Shown piece by piece: positions 9,965 through 21,144 of a stretch of 64,000 nucleotides of DNA. This stretch comes from a bacterium (GTDB lineage: Bacteria > UBA8248 > JACPRG01 > G963555815). The position numbers and the translations under genes were made by a program. The DNA lies in contig CBDHDG010000007.1 of NCBI GenBank assembly GCA_965261595.1, positions 192,001 to 256,000 on the forward strand, written 5' to 3'. The stretch's first letter is position 1, and each line of letters opens with the position of its first letter. Under the pieces are notes generated by a model that made no database searches, was not told where the DNA came from, and worked only from the letters and a program-made list of their open reading frames with translations.

Positions 9965-11413
9965 TTAACCTTTGATGCATCCGATGGGCTTCAGCCGGGC
10001 GACCTTTTTGGCGATGCCCGCCGCATGGACCACGTCCACCACGTCCACCACGTCTTTGTAGGCTTCCGGCATCTCCTCGGCCATCGTAGCCCGGCCGGCC
10101 GTCATGACGAAGACGCCGCGGTCTTCCATCTCGCGGTGAAGCGCCCGTCCTCTCGCGGATTTTTTCGCCGCGTGCCGGCTCAACCGGCGGCCCGCTCCGT
10201 GACAGGTGCTGCCGAAGCACTCGCCCATGGCGCCGACCGTTCCCGCCAGGACGAAAGAGTGGCGTCCCATGTCGCCGGGAATCAGGACCGGCTGGCCGAC
10301 CTTCCGGTAATCAGCGGGAACCTCTTCATGGCCGGGCGGAAACGCCCGGGTGGCGCCCTTGCGATGGACGGCCACCTTTTGTTTTTTCCCGTTCACCGCA
10401 TGATCTTCCAGTTTTACGATGTTGTGGGCGAAGTCGTACAAGGTCGTCATCCCCAGTTCCCGGGGCGAGATGCCGAGGACGCGGAGAAAGGCCTCCTCGA
10501 CTTTGCCGTGGATGCATTGGCGGTTCGCCCACGCGAAGTTGGCGGCGGCCCGCATGGCGCCCAGATAGGCCCTCCCCTCGGGAGAATCCAGCGGGGCGCA
10601 GGCCAACTGGCGGTCCGGAAGCCGGATGCCGTAGCGGACCATCGCCTTTTCCATCACCCCCAGAAAGTCCGTGCACACTTGGTGACCCAGGCCGCGGGAG
10701 CCGGTGTGAATCATCACGGTGATCTCCCCGGGGAACAAGCCGAAGGCGTCGGCGATTCGGGAATCGAAGATTTCCCGCACGACCTGGATCTCGACGAAGT
10801 GGTTGCCGGAACCGAGGGTGCCGAGCTGCCGGCGGCCGCGCTCGAAGGCCTTATCGCTCACCTCGTCCGGAACCGCGCCGGCCAGCGCCCCGCCGGACTC
10901 CACGTGCGGGAGGTCGGATGACGAGCCGAATCCCCGTCCGACGGCCCATCGGGCGCCCTGCGTGAGCAGGGGGGCTTTGTCTCCGTCGGCGAGGCGAAGG
11001 TCGCCGCGGGAGCCGACACCGGAGGGAATCCCCTGAAAAAGGGCCGTGACCAGCGGCCGGATCTTGTCTTCGACATCTTCGATGCGGAGATGGGTCCGCA
11101 GAAGACGGACACCGCAATTGATGTCGAACCCCACGCCGCCGGGACTGACCACTCCATCCCGTTGGGGATCGGTGGCGACAACGCCTCCGATGGGCAATCC
11201 GTAGCCGAAGTGGATGTCCGGCATGGCGATGGAGGCCTTGACGATTCCGGGCAACGTGGCGCCGTTGGCGACTTGATCGAGGCAATCATCCTTGAGAATT
11301 TCCTGAAGCAAACGTCCACTCGCGTAAACGAGTCCCGGCGCCCTCATGCCGGGCTTGTATTCTTTGGGAATCTCGTAGCGGTGCTCGTCAATCTTGACGA
11401 GGGACACGGCCAT
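9965..11413 (-). CDS. rtcB: RNA ligase RtcB
   Basis: MPDIH.GYG, GFDINCGVR, GTLGSGNHF, HTGSRG, HRKGAT and STCHGAGR motifs; GAGGAGG RBS before ATG 11413. Confidence 0.96.
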   Translation of the reverse strand: MAVSLVKIDEHRYEIPKEYKPGMRAPGLVYASGRLLQEILKDDCLDQVANGATLPGIVKASIAMPDIHFGYGLPIGGVVATDPQRDGVVSPGGVGFDINCGVRLLRTHLRIEDVEDKIRPLVTALFQGIPSGVGSRGDLRLADGDKAPLLTQGARWAVGRGFGSSSDLPHVESGGALAGAVPDEVSDKAFERGRRQLGTLGSGNHFVEIQVVREIFDSRIADAFGLFPGEITVMIHTGSRGLGHQVCTDFLGVMEKAMVRYGIRLPDRQLACAPLDSPEGRAYLGAMRAAANFAWANRQCIHGKVEEAFLRVLGISPRELGMTTLYDFAHNIVKLEDHAVNGKKQKVAVHRKGATRAFPPGHEEVPADYRKVGQPVLIPGDMGRHSFVLAGTVGAMGECFGSTCHGAGRRLSRHAAKKSARGRALHREMEDRGVFVMTAGRATMAEEMPEAYKDVVDVVDVVHAAGIAKKVARLKPIGCIKG

Positions 11414-11444
11414 GGGCTTCTGAACCTCCTCTTGAGACCCGAGG

Positions 11445-11873
11445 CTAGACATCCACTATGACATACGCCCGCCACCCGCCCGGCTCGTGGACCACCTTCA
11501 GCCGGTGCAGGGTCACGGCCTTGACCTCCAGGCCGAGGGCGTGGCGCTCGGGGTCCACCGCCTCCCCAATCAACAGCCCCTCCACCTGGGTGTTCGTCCA
11601 TCGGGAGATCCGGACATCGCAAGCGAGAAATCCGTGAATCTCATGAAGGTAAATGGCCTCGTTCAACCAGCGGAAAAAGAGGTCTTCAACGTTTTCCCCG
11701 CTGACCCGGCAGGGGATCGGTCGCCGGGGCTCGACGGTCCCCGGGTCGCACATCACGCTGAACAGTCCCCGGATCGCTTCCCGGAAGATGTCCTCCGCTT
11801 CGGGACCCCAGGTCTCGATGGCCACATCCGCCGTCGTCGGACTCAGTCGAAACCCCGCGCTTGCTTCATCCAT
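11445..11873 (-). CDS. Archease
   Basis: TAD near N-terminus, EVKAVT.H and C-terminal VDV; adjacent to rtcB. Confidence 0.9.
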   Translation of the reverse strand: MDEASAGFRLSPTTADVAIETWGPEAEDIFREAIRGLFSVMCDPGTVEPRRPIPCRVSGENVEDLFFRWLNEAIYLHEIHGFLACDVRISRWTNTQVEGLLIGEAVDPERHALGLEVKAVTLHRLKVVHEPGGWRAYVIVDV

Positions 11874-11888
11874 GAAGAATCGATGGTC

Positions 11889-13328
11889 TCAAGGTTCATA
11901 CAGGATCTCGCTTTTGATGGCGAGCCGGTTCAGCTTGATGGTGGGTGGAAATTTCGGAAACGGAGCGGACTTCCGGATGGCCATCATGGCCTCTTCGTCA
12001 AAGAGCGGAAAACCGGAGCTGCGGAGGAGCTTAAGCGTCGCCAGCCGGCCGTCGCGGGTCACTTCGAACCGGACGACGACCTTCCCGCGGACTTTCCCCG
12101 TGGCGGCGGCCTCCGGGAAGTAGAGGCGCTCATCGATTTTCTTCCAAATCGCGTATCGATACCCCCTGTATCGAACGTCCTGAGTCAGAAGAGGCGCAAG
12201 CCGGGCTTTTTTCCTGGAACGGGGATGTTTCTTTCTCGGGGAGGCGGCGGCGTCGAAAGGACGCGAGCGGACCGAGCTCAGGAGCCCCCTAAGGGTCTTC
12301 GGCTTCGACCTCCGAATCTTGGGCTTGGGGGAAAGACGAACGAAGTTATCGACCTTGACAGAGGCCACAATCTCTCGGGGGGGAGGGTCCGGTCTTTTGA
12401 TCGGGCGCCGGAGTCTCGTAGGCGCGACAGCGGATCGAGCCTGGATTTTGGCGGGAGCCCGCCTCGATCGCGCCTGCTTCGGCCGGATCCGGACCGCTTT
12501 CTTGCGTCGGGGGGTTGCAGCTTTATTGGGTGCAAGCCGCCGGCCGCTCCTTGCGTGACCGCCCCTTTTTCGAACGGCCGCCACGCGCTTTCGTGGGACC
12601 GCCCGTCCGGACCGCTTGGATTTGGAAGTGGCAAGGGCCGGGGATTTCCGCGGGGGGGGAGGCGCTTTGACCGGACTTTCCACCTTGGGAATTCCGGACC
12701 CCGCGATCCGGTCTAATTTTTCTGAATTCTTCCCGACGATCGGCCGGACCGGCGGGTCCGCCTTTTCCAAAAGCGGAGGCGGAGGCGTCCGCAAAGCCGG
12801 CCGCGTGATTTTTTCGGGCCTCGTTCCCGGGAGAGGATTTGGGGCCGACGGAAGGCTTGCAAGGTCCGGCCGGGCGGCCGGTCCGGCCGGAGGGAGCCCC
12901 GGGTTCGTTTCACCGGGGTGCGCGCCGCCGACGGAAGGCGGCGTTTCAATCGAAATTTTCTTCTCAAAGACCCGTCGGGTTTCGGCCCTGGCGCTCAGTT
13001 TCACGGGGGGGGGGGGGGGCCGGACAATCGAAATGGTTTCGACGGATGGTGATTTTTTTTCCGTGGCAGGGACGCCGGCGGACCGGGAGACGGACGGTTG
13101 AAGCGGAGGAGATTTCTGATCCTCCGATTCCTTGACGGCCGCCGATTTGACGGCGGAGGGCGGGGCGGGGACGGAGGTTTGAATGCGCACGCGCACCGGT
13201 TTTCGTTTGTTCAGGCCGCTTCCGGCCGGCAAAGACGAAGGGGCGGGCAGCAGGACGGCGGCAAGCGCCCCCACCACATGGATGAAGGTGGACAGCAGAA
13301 TAAACGGGAAGAAACCGGTTCTGGACAT
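11889..13328 (-). CDS. TonB family protein
   Basis: N-terminal TM with SxxxH, long Pro-rich linker, C-terminal YFPEAA...G.V.V.F...SSG...FDEEA. Confidence 0.8.
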   Translation of the reverse strand: MSRTGFFPFILLSTFIHVVGALAAVLLPAPSSLPAGSGLNKRKPVRVRIQTSVPAPPSAVKSAAVKESEDQKSPPLQPSVSRSAGVPATEKKSPSVETISIVRPPPPPVKLSARAETRRVFEKKISIETPPSVGGAHPGETNPGLPPAGPAARPDLASLPSAPNPLPGTRPEKITRPALRTPPPPLLEKADPPVRPIVGKNSEKLDRIAGSGIPKVESPVKAPPPPRKSPALATSKSKRSGRAVPRKRVAAVRKRGGHARSGRRLAPNKAATPRRKKAVRIRPKQARSRRAPAKIQARSAVAPTRLRRPIKRPDPPPREIVASVKVDNFVRLSPKPKIRRSKPKTLRGLLSSVRSRPFDAAASPRKKHPRSRKKARLAPLLTQDVRYRGYRYAIWKKIDERLYFPEAAATGKVRGKVVVRFEVTRDGRLATLKLLRSSGFPLFDEEAMMAIRKSAPFPKFPPTIKLNRLAIKSEILYEP

Positions 13329-13492
13329 CGCTTGGACAAACTTTCCGGGCCTGACCGGCCGCCATCAAGGTTACACCAAAAGCCGGAACCCCTTGTATTT
13401 ATGAAATATAGCGCGGATCGGGCTCGGGGTCCAACGCTTGAGCCGATCGGATAAGGGGAACGTCGAATCGCGCGAGGCGAATCGCGCGGGCC

Positions 13493-13528
13493 AAAAAAAA
13501 AGCCCGCGCCCCCGAAAGGGCGCGGGCT
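13493..13528 (-). terminator. Rho-independent terminator after groEL
   Basis: GCCCGCGCCC/GGGCGCGGGC stem followed by a T-run on the minus strand. Confidence 0.85.
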
Positions 13529-13555
13529 CTGTGCAACTGAGCCTTTACGGCCGGT

Positions 13556-15184
<1,629 letters not shown>

Positions 15185-15247
15185 CTAGGTTTCCTCCTGT
15201 ATCCTGAAACCTTCCGTGTTCTTTTCGGGTTCCTCAGCGGCTCGCTG

Positions 15248-15535
15248 CTATACGATGACCGCGAGGACATCATCCTCTCGCATGATGAGCAACTCTTCGC
15301 CGTCCATCTTCACTTCCGTCCCGGCGTATTTGGCGAAGAGCACACGATCTCCCTTTTTGACCTCAAGGGCCTGCTTGCCGCCATCCTTGAGTATCCGGCC
15401 CGAGCCGACCGCTACAATCTCCCCCTCCTGGGGCTTTTCCTTGGCGGTGTCAGGGATGATGATCCCCCCCTGTTTTTTTTCTTCCTCTTCCAGGGGCCGC
15501 ACCAGGATGCGATCTTGGAGTGGCCTAACCTTCAT
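15248..15535 (-). CDS. groS: Co-chaperonin GroES
   Basis: [21 protein letters not shown] and KYAGTE motifs. Confidence 0.99.
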   Translation of the reverse strand: MKVRPLQDRILVRPLEEEEKKQGGIIIPDTAKEKPQEGEIVAVGSGRILKDGGKQALEVKKGDRVLFAKYAGTEVKMDGEELLIMREDDVLAVIV

Positions 15536-15694
15536 GGGTTCTCTCTCCTTCGCGGTGATGGTTCAGAACGCCACAATCGAAAACACGAAACCTCGCGTTC
15601 CGAGGGCGCGCCATTGAGGACAGTTCCCGGTATTTCAATTTACACGGGACCCAGCTTCACGAAAATGATGAAAACTCAAGCACCCTTGCAAAAT

Positions 15695-15721
15695 TTAGCA
15701 CTCTATCTGCCCGAGTGCTAG
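15695..15721. promoter_or_regulatory. CIRCE element (HrcA operator) of groESL
   Basis: TTAGCACTC-TATCTGCCC-GAGTGCTAG, one mismatch to the TTAGCACTC-N9-GAGTGCTAA consensus; hrcA is in the window. Confidence 0.93.
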
Positions 15722-15722
15722 T

Positions 15723-15751
15723 AATATACTCAAGTTGTGTTGAGGTGGCAA
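15723..15751 (-). promoter_or_regulatory. sigma70 promoter of groESL
   Basis: TTGCCA-17 bp-TATATT on the minus strand immediately upstream of CIRCE. Confidence 0.75.
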
Positions 15752-15927
15752 GAAAAAAATCGAATTTCTCCGTGAATTTTTCGCTTTCATTCAATTCGAC
15801 GCGGTGTTTTGGCGGCGGCAGGTCAACCAACCCGCGCTTTACGGCTTTCGCGAATGGGTGAACCCGAGATTGGATTTCGCCCCCGCACTCTTCGTTTCAA
15901 CAGGCGGGAGAGAAATCCAGGCTGAAA

Positions 15928-16791
15928 TCAGGGCCGAGTTTTCCCAATCTGATACATGATGTTTTCGTCTTGCCACTCGATATATCGGGGGTCGTTGAAA
16001 TCACGCGAGATGTTTTCGCGGAAGGTCTCGATGGCCGCTTCCAACGCCTTTTCGCCATAAAGCGAGAAGGTTGAGTAATGCTTGTTGCGCACCTGTCCCA
16101 ACAGGCGGTTCAAATCGGAGGTCCGGGAATAAAAAAATCTTTCGGCGGCCATCAGATGAAGGCCGTCCGCTTCTTCGATGCGTCTTTCCATGTTGGTGGA
16201 TTCGAGCAGCCGTGTCTCTATTTTCAGGAAATCCGGGAAATGCCGCCCCCAGATCGACCGCGCGTTCTGAGCGGGGGTCCGGGTGTAGATGAAGATCCGG
16301 CCGTTCTCCTTGATGGCGCGGCCGACCTTGGCAATAAACCTCGCGACGTCGAAATGATGCACCGCGTTGAAGGAAAATACACCGTCCAGGGATTCATCCT
16401 CGAGCCTCAGATCCTCGGCCCGACTTAAGAGGGTTTCGTAATTGGAGATTCCATGATCCTTCAGGTTTTGAGAGAGCTCGGCAAGCATCCCCGAATTTAC
16501 ATCGACGCACGTGAGCGTCAGATTGGGGATGTTTTGAAACAGTAAAAAGGTGTATCGGCCGGTGCCGCAGCCGATTTCCATCCCCTTCGTGGCGTCGCGA
16601 TCCCCCAGTCCGTTCCGGATGCGGCGGATGGGCTCCTCGTCCGTTGTCCGCACATCACGATACACTTTGGCGATCTTCGTGAAATGGTCGTTCATTTCCC
16701 TTTGCGTTTTCAAAGAAGCGTCGATTTTCAATGATCTCCCAACATGCCCCCCCGTCAAACGAACCCCTTCTACCGCTGGGGATCCGACCAA
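15928..16791 (-). CDS. Class I SAM-dependent methyltransferase
   Basis: EIGCGTG motif I, VDVNSGML and FNAVHHF; start probably further downstream; AT-richer than its neighbours. Confidence 0.85.
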   Translation of the reverse strand: MVGSPAVEGVRLTGGHVGRSLKIDASLKTQREMNDHFTKIAKVYRDVRTTDEEPIRRIRNGLGDRDATKGMEIGCGTGRYTFLLFQNIPNLTLTCVDVNSGMLAELSQNLKDHGISNYETLLSRAEDLRLEDESLDGVFSFNAVHHFDVARFIAKVGRAIKENGRIFIYTRTPAQNARSIWGRHFPDFLKIETRLLESTNMERRIEEADGLHLMAAERFFYSRTSDLNRLLGQVRNKHYSTFSLYGEKALEAAIETFRENISRDFNDPRYIEWQDENIMYQIGKTRP

Positions 16792-16880
16792 GCGAGCGTC
16801 CGTTAGAAAAGTAGAATGGTCGCATTCTCGGGAGTCCGACCAAGCGAGCGCCCGTTAGAAAAGTAGAATGGTCGCATTCT
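16783..16880. repeat. Tandem 46-bp direct repeat (period 52) containing the palindrome AGAATG-N4-CATTCT
   Basis: Copies at 16783-16828 and 16835-16880 differ at one base. Confidence 0.9.
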
Positions 16881-17060
16881 ATGGAATTTCAGGAGAATGT
16901 CAATCCGGGTTTCACCGGATTGGAGTTGACCACATTTCAAGGACACCTGATACTCTGGGAGACGAAAGCGGGGGGCCGCCACGTCCAAGCCGCATCCACG
17001 GCATCCGACAGAGCCGAACCCCAATCGTTTGGCACGGATTTTTCCCCATCCTCGACAACC

Positions 17061-17867
17061 GTGAAACCGCACTTGATAGAACCTCCCCGGGTTCACATTT
17101 TGGGCGCCTCATCCGCCCGGCCGTCGCCGAACCGGGACCATTCGTCCATGGTTGTGGATTTCGGGGGAGACCTGACACTCGTCGACTGCTCGGCCAATCC
17201 GATCGGAAAGATTCTACGCCTGGGCCTCGACCCCTTCGAGGTGGGGCGGGTGCTGGTCACACACGCCCATCCGGACCACACCTATGGGTTTCCATCCGTC
17301 ATTTATTCTCTAAAGACGCACCCCCCGATTCGTACAAAACCCCTCGCTGTCCATGCACCAAAGCGTTCCCTGGACCTGCTTTCGGATTTATGGCGCGCCT
17401 ACGGATTCGGTGACCCCGATAAGCCTCTCCCCTTCGATGTGGCGTTTCACGAGATCCCGCTACGGGAATGCCATCTCATTGTAGAGGGCGGGAATTACGG
17501 GATCCGCTCGACCCCGGTCGTTCACAAGGATCAGGAGGTTGTCGCCTTCCAGTTCGACGATGAGCAAACGGGAAAATCCCTGACGGTTTCCGCCGACACC
17601 GAACCTTGTCCGGCGCTGGATCGTCTGGCCGCCGAGACGGACCTGTTGATCATGGAGGCCGGACGCCAGGGCGGAGAAGATCTACCCGGCCATTCAACCG
17701 GCGAAGAAGCCGGAGAGACGGCCGCCCGAGCCGGTGCGGGGCGGCTCCTTCTGATTCACGTCGTGGCGACGAATCCCGCCATGGAGGCGGAGCTGACTTC
17801 AGCGGCGGCCAAAGCCTTCGGCGGCCGGGTCGAGATCGCCGAAGACATGAAAACCGATGCTTTCTAG
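17061..17867 (+). CDS. MBL-fold metallohydrolase, RNase Z-like
   Basis: ILGASSA.P, THAHPDH, SADT, GHST and LLLIH motifs; GTG 17061 preferred over ATG 16881. Confidence 0.8.
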   Translation: MKPHLIEPPRVHILGASSARPSPNRDHSSMVVDFGGDLTLVDCSANPIGKILRLGLDPFEVGRVLVTHAHPDHTYGFPSVIYSLKTHPPIRTKPLAVHAPKRSLDLLSDLWRAYGFGDPDKPLPFDVAFHEIPLRECHLIVEGGNYGIRSTPVVHKDQEVVAFQFDDEQTGKSLTVSADTEPCPALDRLAAETDLLIMEAGRQGGEDLPGHSTGEEAGETAARAGAGRLLLIHVVATNPAMEAELTSAAAKAFGGRVEIAEDMKTDAF

Positions 17868-17938
17868 CGAGCCGGCGCGGCGTTGACTCGAAAGAGCAAT
17901 CCTCGGCCCGGGACAAACCTTGAAAACCGCCCACCGAA

Positions 17939-19216
17939 TTACGCGATGAGCGCTTTCCGGCCGATGTCCCGACGATAGTAGGCGCCTTCCCAGCGGACCT
18001 TCGCAACCGCCTCGTAGGCGCGGTCGATGGCCGCCGGGAGGTCTTTCCCCGTGGCGGTGACTCCCAAGACCCTGCCGCCCGCGGTGGTCACGCGCCCGCC
18101 CACCGATGCGGTCCCGGCGTGAAAGACCTGGATTCCATCCATCTCCGATGCGGCTTCCAGCCCGGTGATCTCTTTTCCCTTGTCGTACCTTCCCGGATAC
18201 CCCGAGGAAGCCATCACAACGCACACGGCGGCCTCAGGACGAAGGCGAACCGTCTTTCCATCCTCCAGGCGGCCTTCAGCCACGTCCATGAGCCAGGGGA
18301 CAATGTCTTCGTCCATTCTCGCCATGAGCGGCTGGGTTTCCGGGTCTCCGAACCGGGCGTTGAATTCCAGGATTCGAGGTCCGGAATCCGTGATCATCAG
18401 GCCCCCGTACAGCATCCCTTGGAAAGGAACCCCGGCGGCATCGAGCGCGGCCGCGGCAGGGCGGTGGCATCGGTCGAGGACGTCCCGGATCAACTCATCG
18501 CCGCACAAGGGAACGGGCGAGTAGGCCCCCATCCCGCCGGTATTGGGTCCGGTGTCTCCCTCGCCGATGGGCTTGTGGTCCTGGGCGGAGGCAAGATAGG
18601 CGATGTTCGGACCTTCGCAAAACGCAAAGATGGACAACTCGGGGCCGATCAGCTTTTCCTCGATAACCACTGTCCTGCCCGCGTCCCCCAACGAACCCTC
18701 GTTCATGAACCGCTGAACGGCACGTTCCGCTTCACGCTTGGAACCGCAGACGATGACGCCTTTGCCGGCCGCCAGACCGTCGGCCTTCACAACAACCGGG
18801 CCCTCGGAGAGGGCGCCCACGTGTTCCAAGGCTTCGGCTGAATCCGAAAAGGAGCGGTGGGCCGCGGACGGAATTCCGGCCTCGTCGAACAGGGCCTTCG
18901 AGAATGCCTTCGAGCCTTCGATGCGCGCCGCCGCACGGCGCGGGCCGAAGATCCGCCTGCCGGATAATTCAAACCGATCGGCCACGCCCCCCGTCAAGGG
19001 CCCCTCCGGACCGGCGACCGTCAGATCGATGTCCTCCCGCTCGGCAAAGCGGAGAAGAGATTCGATGTCCTCGGCGGAGATGTCGACGTTCCGTCCTTCC
19101 AGCGCCGTGCCCGCGTTTCCCGGAGCGATGAACAGCCCGTCCACCCGCGGGCTTCGGCGGATCTTCCAAGCCAGGGCGTGCTCCCGGCCTCCGCTTCCGA
19201 TAAGCAGAACTTTCAT
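17939..19216 (-). CDS. purD: Phosphoribosylamine-glycine ligase
   Basis: MKVLLIGSGGREHALAW, KADGLAAGKGV, GPNTGGMGAYSP and EFNARFGDPE. Confidence 0.98.
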   Translation of the reverse strand: MKVLLIGSGGREHALAWKIRRSPRVDGLFIAPGNAGTALEGRNVDISAEDIESLLRFAEREDIDLTVAGPEGPLTGGVADRFELSGRRIFGPRRAAARIEGSKAFSKALFDEAGIPSAAHRSFSDSAEALEHVGALSEGPVVVKADGLAAGKGVIVCGSKREAERAVQRFMNEGSLGDAGRTVVIEEKLIGPELSIFAFCEGPNIAYLASAQDHKPIGEGDTGPNTGGMGAYSPVPLCGDELIRDVLDRCHRPAAAALDAAGVPFQGMLYGGLMITDSGPRILEFNARFGDPETQPLMARMDEDIVPWLMDVAEGRLEDGKTVRLRPEAAVCVVMASSGYPGRYDKGKEITGLEAASEMDGIQVFHAGTASVGGRVTTAGGRVLGVTATGKDLPAAIDRAYEAVAKVRWEGAYYRRDIGRKALIA

Positions 19217-20004
19217 AACCCGGCCGGGCCTTCCCTTCCCGGACCTCCGGCCGATTCGATCCCCGGCTCGCCCAGGTCCCCCAAGACATATCCCAGGATT
19301 GCGATGGCGGCGATGGGGGCCGTCTCGGTCCGCAGAATCCTTGTTCCCATTCCGCAAGGGATGAATCCCTCGGTCCGCGCGGTCTGAACCTCGGTCTCCG
19401 AGAATCCACCCTCAGGACCCACCAGCAAGGCGACCGAACGAATGTCGCGGGCGTCGGAGAGAATCTTTCTCAGCCCGACGGTTGACCGTTCGTGCAGAAC
19501 CACCTTGAGATCCGCGTCTTCCGATTCATCCAGAAATGACAAGAGAGAGCCGGGGGCCGCGACCTCCATCGGCCTCACGCGCCCGCACTGCTTCCTTGCG
19601 GCTTCGGCCACCCGCATCCATCGCTTCAACCGGTCCGCCGCCCGCCTCTCGTCCAACCGGGGCACGCTCCGTTCCGCGAGGATCGGGTGGATAAAATGAA
19701 CACCCAATTCGACGGCCTTTTGTACGACCCCGTCCAGTTTTTCACCCTTGGGGACAGCCTGTCCCAGGCGGATGACCACACGGTCCTCCGGGGTCTCCTT
19801 CCGGCCGCGGATCCTGCCGGCCGCGCCTCGATGAGTGAGCTCCGTCAATTCGACCTCGTACTCGGTGAACTCGCCGTCGGAGACGCGGATGACATCACCC
19901 CTTTGGCGCCGCATGGCCCGGATGTGTCCGGCTTCCTCGGCTGTGAAGCGAATTTGTCCGGCCCGGACGTTTCCGGGGTCGACCCGAAAGACAGGCATGG
20001 TCAC
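19213..20004 (-). CDS. rsmE: 16S rRNA m3U1498 methyltransferase RsmE
   Basis: QKAVELGV, QCGR, VGPEGG and RILRTETA motifs. Confidence 0.95.
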   Translation of the reverse strand: MTMPVFRVDPGNVRAGQIRFTAEEAGHIRAMRRQRGDVIRVSDGEFTEYEVELTELTHRGAAGRIRGRKETPEDRVVIRLGQAVPKGEKLDGVVQKAVELGVHFIHPILAERSVPRLDERRAADRLKRWMRVAEAARKQCGRVRPMEVAAPGSLLSFLDESEDADLKVVLHERSTVGLRKILSDARDIRSVALLVGPEGGFSETEVQTARTEGFIPCGMGTRILRTETAPIAAIAILGYVLGDLGEPGIESAGGPGREGPAGL

Positions 20005-21095
20005 CGTTTCAATGGTTGTTTCCCAACCGCAATGGACGCGATCCGCGCCGGGTCCAGAGCGGTTTCGGGTTTTGGAGGAGGTGTTCGGCCGTTTCTTCCG
20101 GCCGTCAGACAGATCCAGCCCGCCTCGCTCAATGTCCTGACGACGCCGAGGCCGACATCGCCGAGGGCCTTTGTCAGCGCGTCCGCCTGCGAAACCAAAA
20201 TCCCGGACAAAACGGCCCGCCCCTCTTTTTCCAACCGGCGCGCCATCATGCCGGCCAGATCGCGCAGGGGCTCGAGGTAAAGATTGGCCAGGATCAGGCC
20301 GAACTTCCCGCGCGTCCGTTCCAAAGACCCTTCACGAACGGTCATCCGGGCGGCGACCCGGTTCTTCCGGGCATTGTCGCGCGTCGCGTGATAGGCGCCC
20401 GGGTCGATATCAATCGACGTAACGCGGCGCCGCGGAAACCACTTGGCGGCCGCGATGCCCAAGATGCCCGAGCCGCAGCCGATGTCGAGCACCCTGCCGG
20501 GGAGGAGCCCGCCGCCGAATTCCCCCAGCGTCCTCAGGCAAAGGCGGGTCGTCGGATGCTCCCCGGTCCCGAAGGCCATGGCGGGCGTGAGAATGATTTC
20601 AGCGGCCCTCCCGCCGCGGTTCCGAGCGGCGGAGCGGCTCCCCGGACCCGTCGCATGAAAATCCGGAACGATTCGGAAGGGACCCACCTCACGCGGAACG
20701 CACCGCTCCTGGAAATCGCGGACCCAATCGATGGGGGGAACCGGCCGGGTGGACACATCGGCGGGGACACCCAAACGCCGTAGGGAATCCACGAAACGCC
20801 GGATATCGGCCAGGGCGTTTCCCAGCGTTTCGTCATCCGGCAGACAGCCCCGAACGGTTTCCTCCCGCTCACCGGTGAATACGACACCCGGAGAACCCAA
20901 TTCGATCAACCGGGAAGAGAGGGCGTCCATGCTCCGCAAATCCGCCGTCAGGTTGATTTCCACCCACCGCTGAGAAGCCGGAGGTTGATATGGAGGGCCT
21001 GCGCTCAATTGTTCTTCCGCCCGGATTTCCAGCGGGTGGGAGACCGGCCCGCATTTCTCATCAGGCATTGCCCATCTCGACCCGCCGGGCCCCAA
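20001..21095 (-). CDS. prmA: Ribosomal protein L11 methyltransferase PrmA
   Basis: PAMAFGTGEHPTT, LDIGCGSGIL and LSGIL motifs; lies between dnaJ and rsmE; start uncertain. Confidence 0.9.
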   Translation of the reverse strand: MGPGGSRWAMPDEKCGPVSHPLEIRAEEQLSAGPPYQPPASQRWVEINLTADLRSMDALSSRLIELGSPGVVFTGEREETVRGCLPDDETLGNALADIRRFVDSLRRLGVPADVSTRPVPPIDWVRDFQERCVPREVGPFRIVPDFHATGPGSRSAARNRGGRAAEIILTPAMAFGTGEHPTTRLCLRTLGEFGGGLLPGRVLDIGCGSGILGIAAAKWFPRRRVTSIDIDPGAYHATRDNARKNRVAARMTVREGSLERTRGKFGLILANLYLEPLRDLAGMMARRLEKEGRAVLSGILVSQADALTKALGDVGLGVVRTLSEAGWICLTAGRNGRTPPPKPETALDPARIASIAVGKQPLKR

Positions 21096-21144
21096 GCGTC
21101 AACCCGGCTGCCAGGCGAAAAGACGCGGTCATTTTCTCCAATCT

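Noticed and set aside
17939..19357. Extended N-termini of purD, lon, rtcB, gpsA, pheT and pheS in the ORF track
   Set aside because: Downstream starts match the family N-termini, some with a clear RBS; several extensions overlap the upstream gene or element
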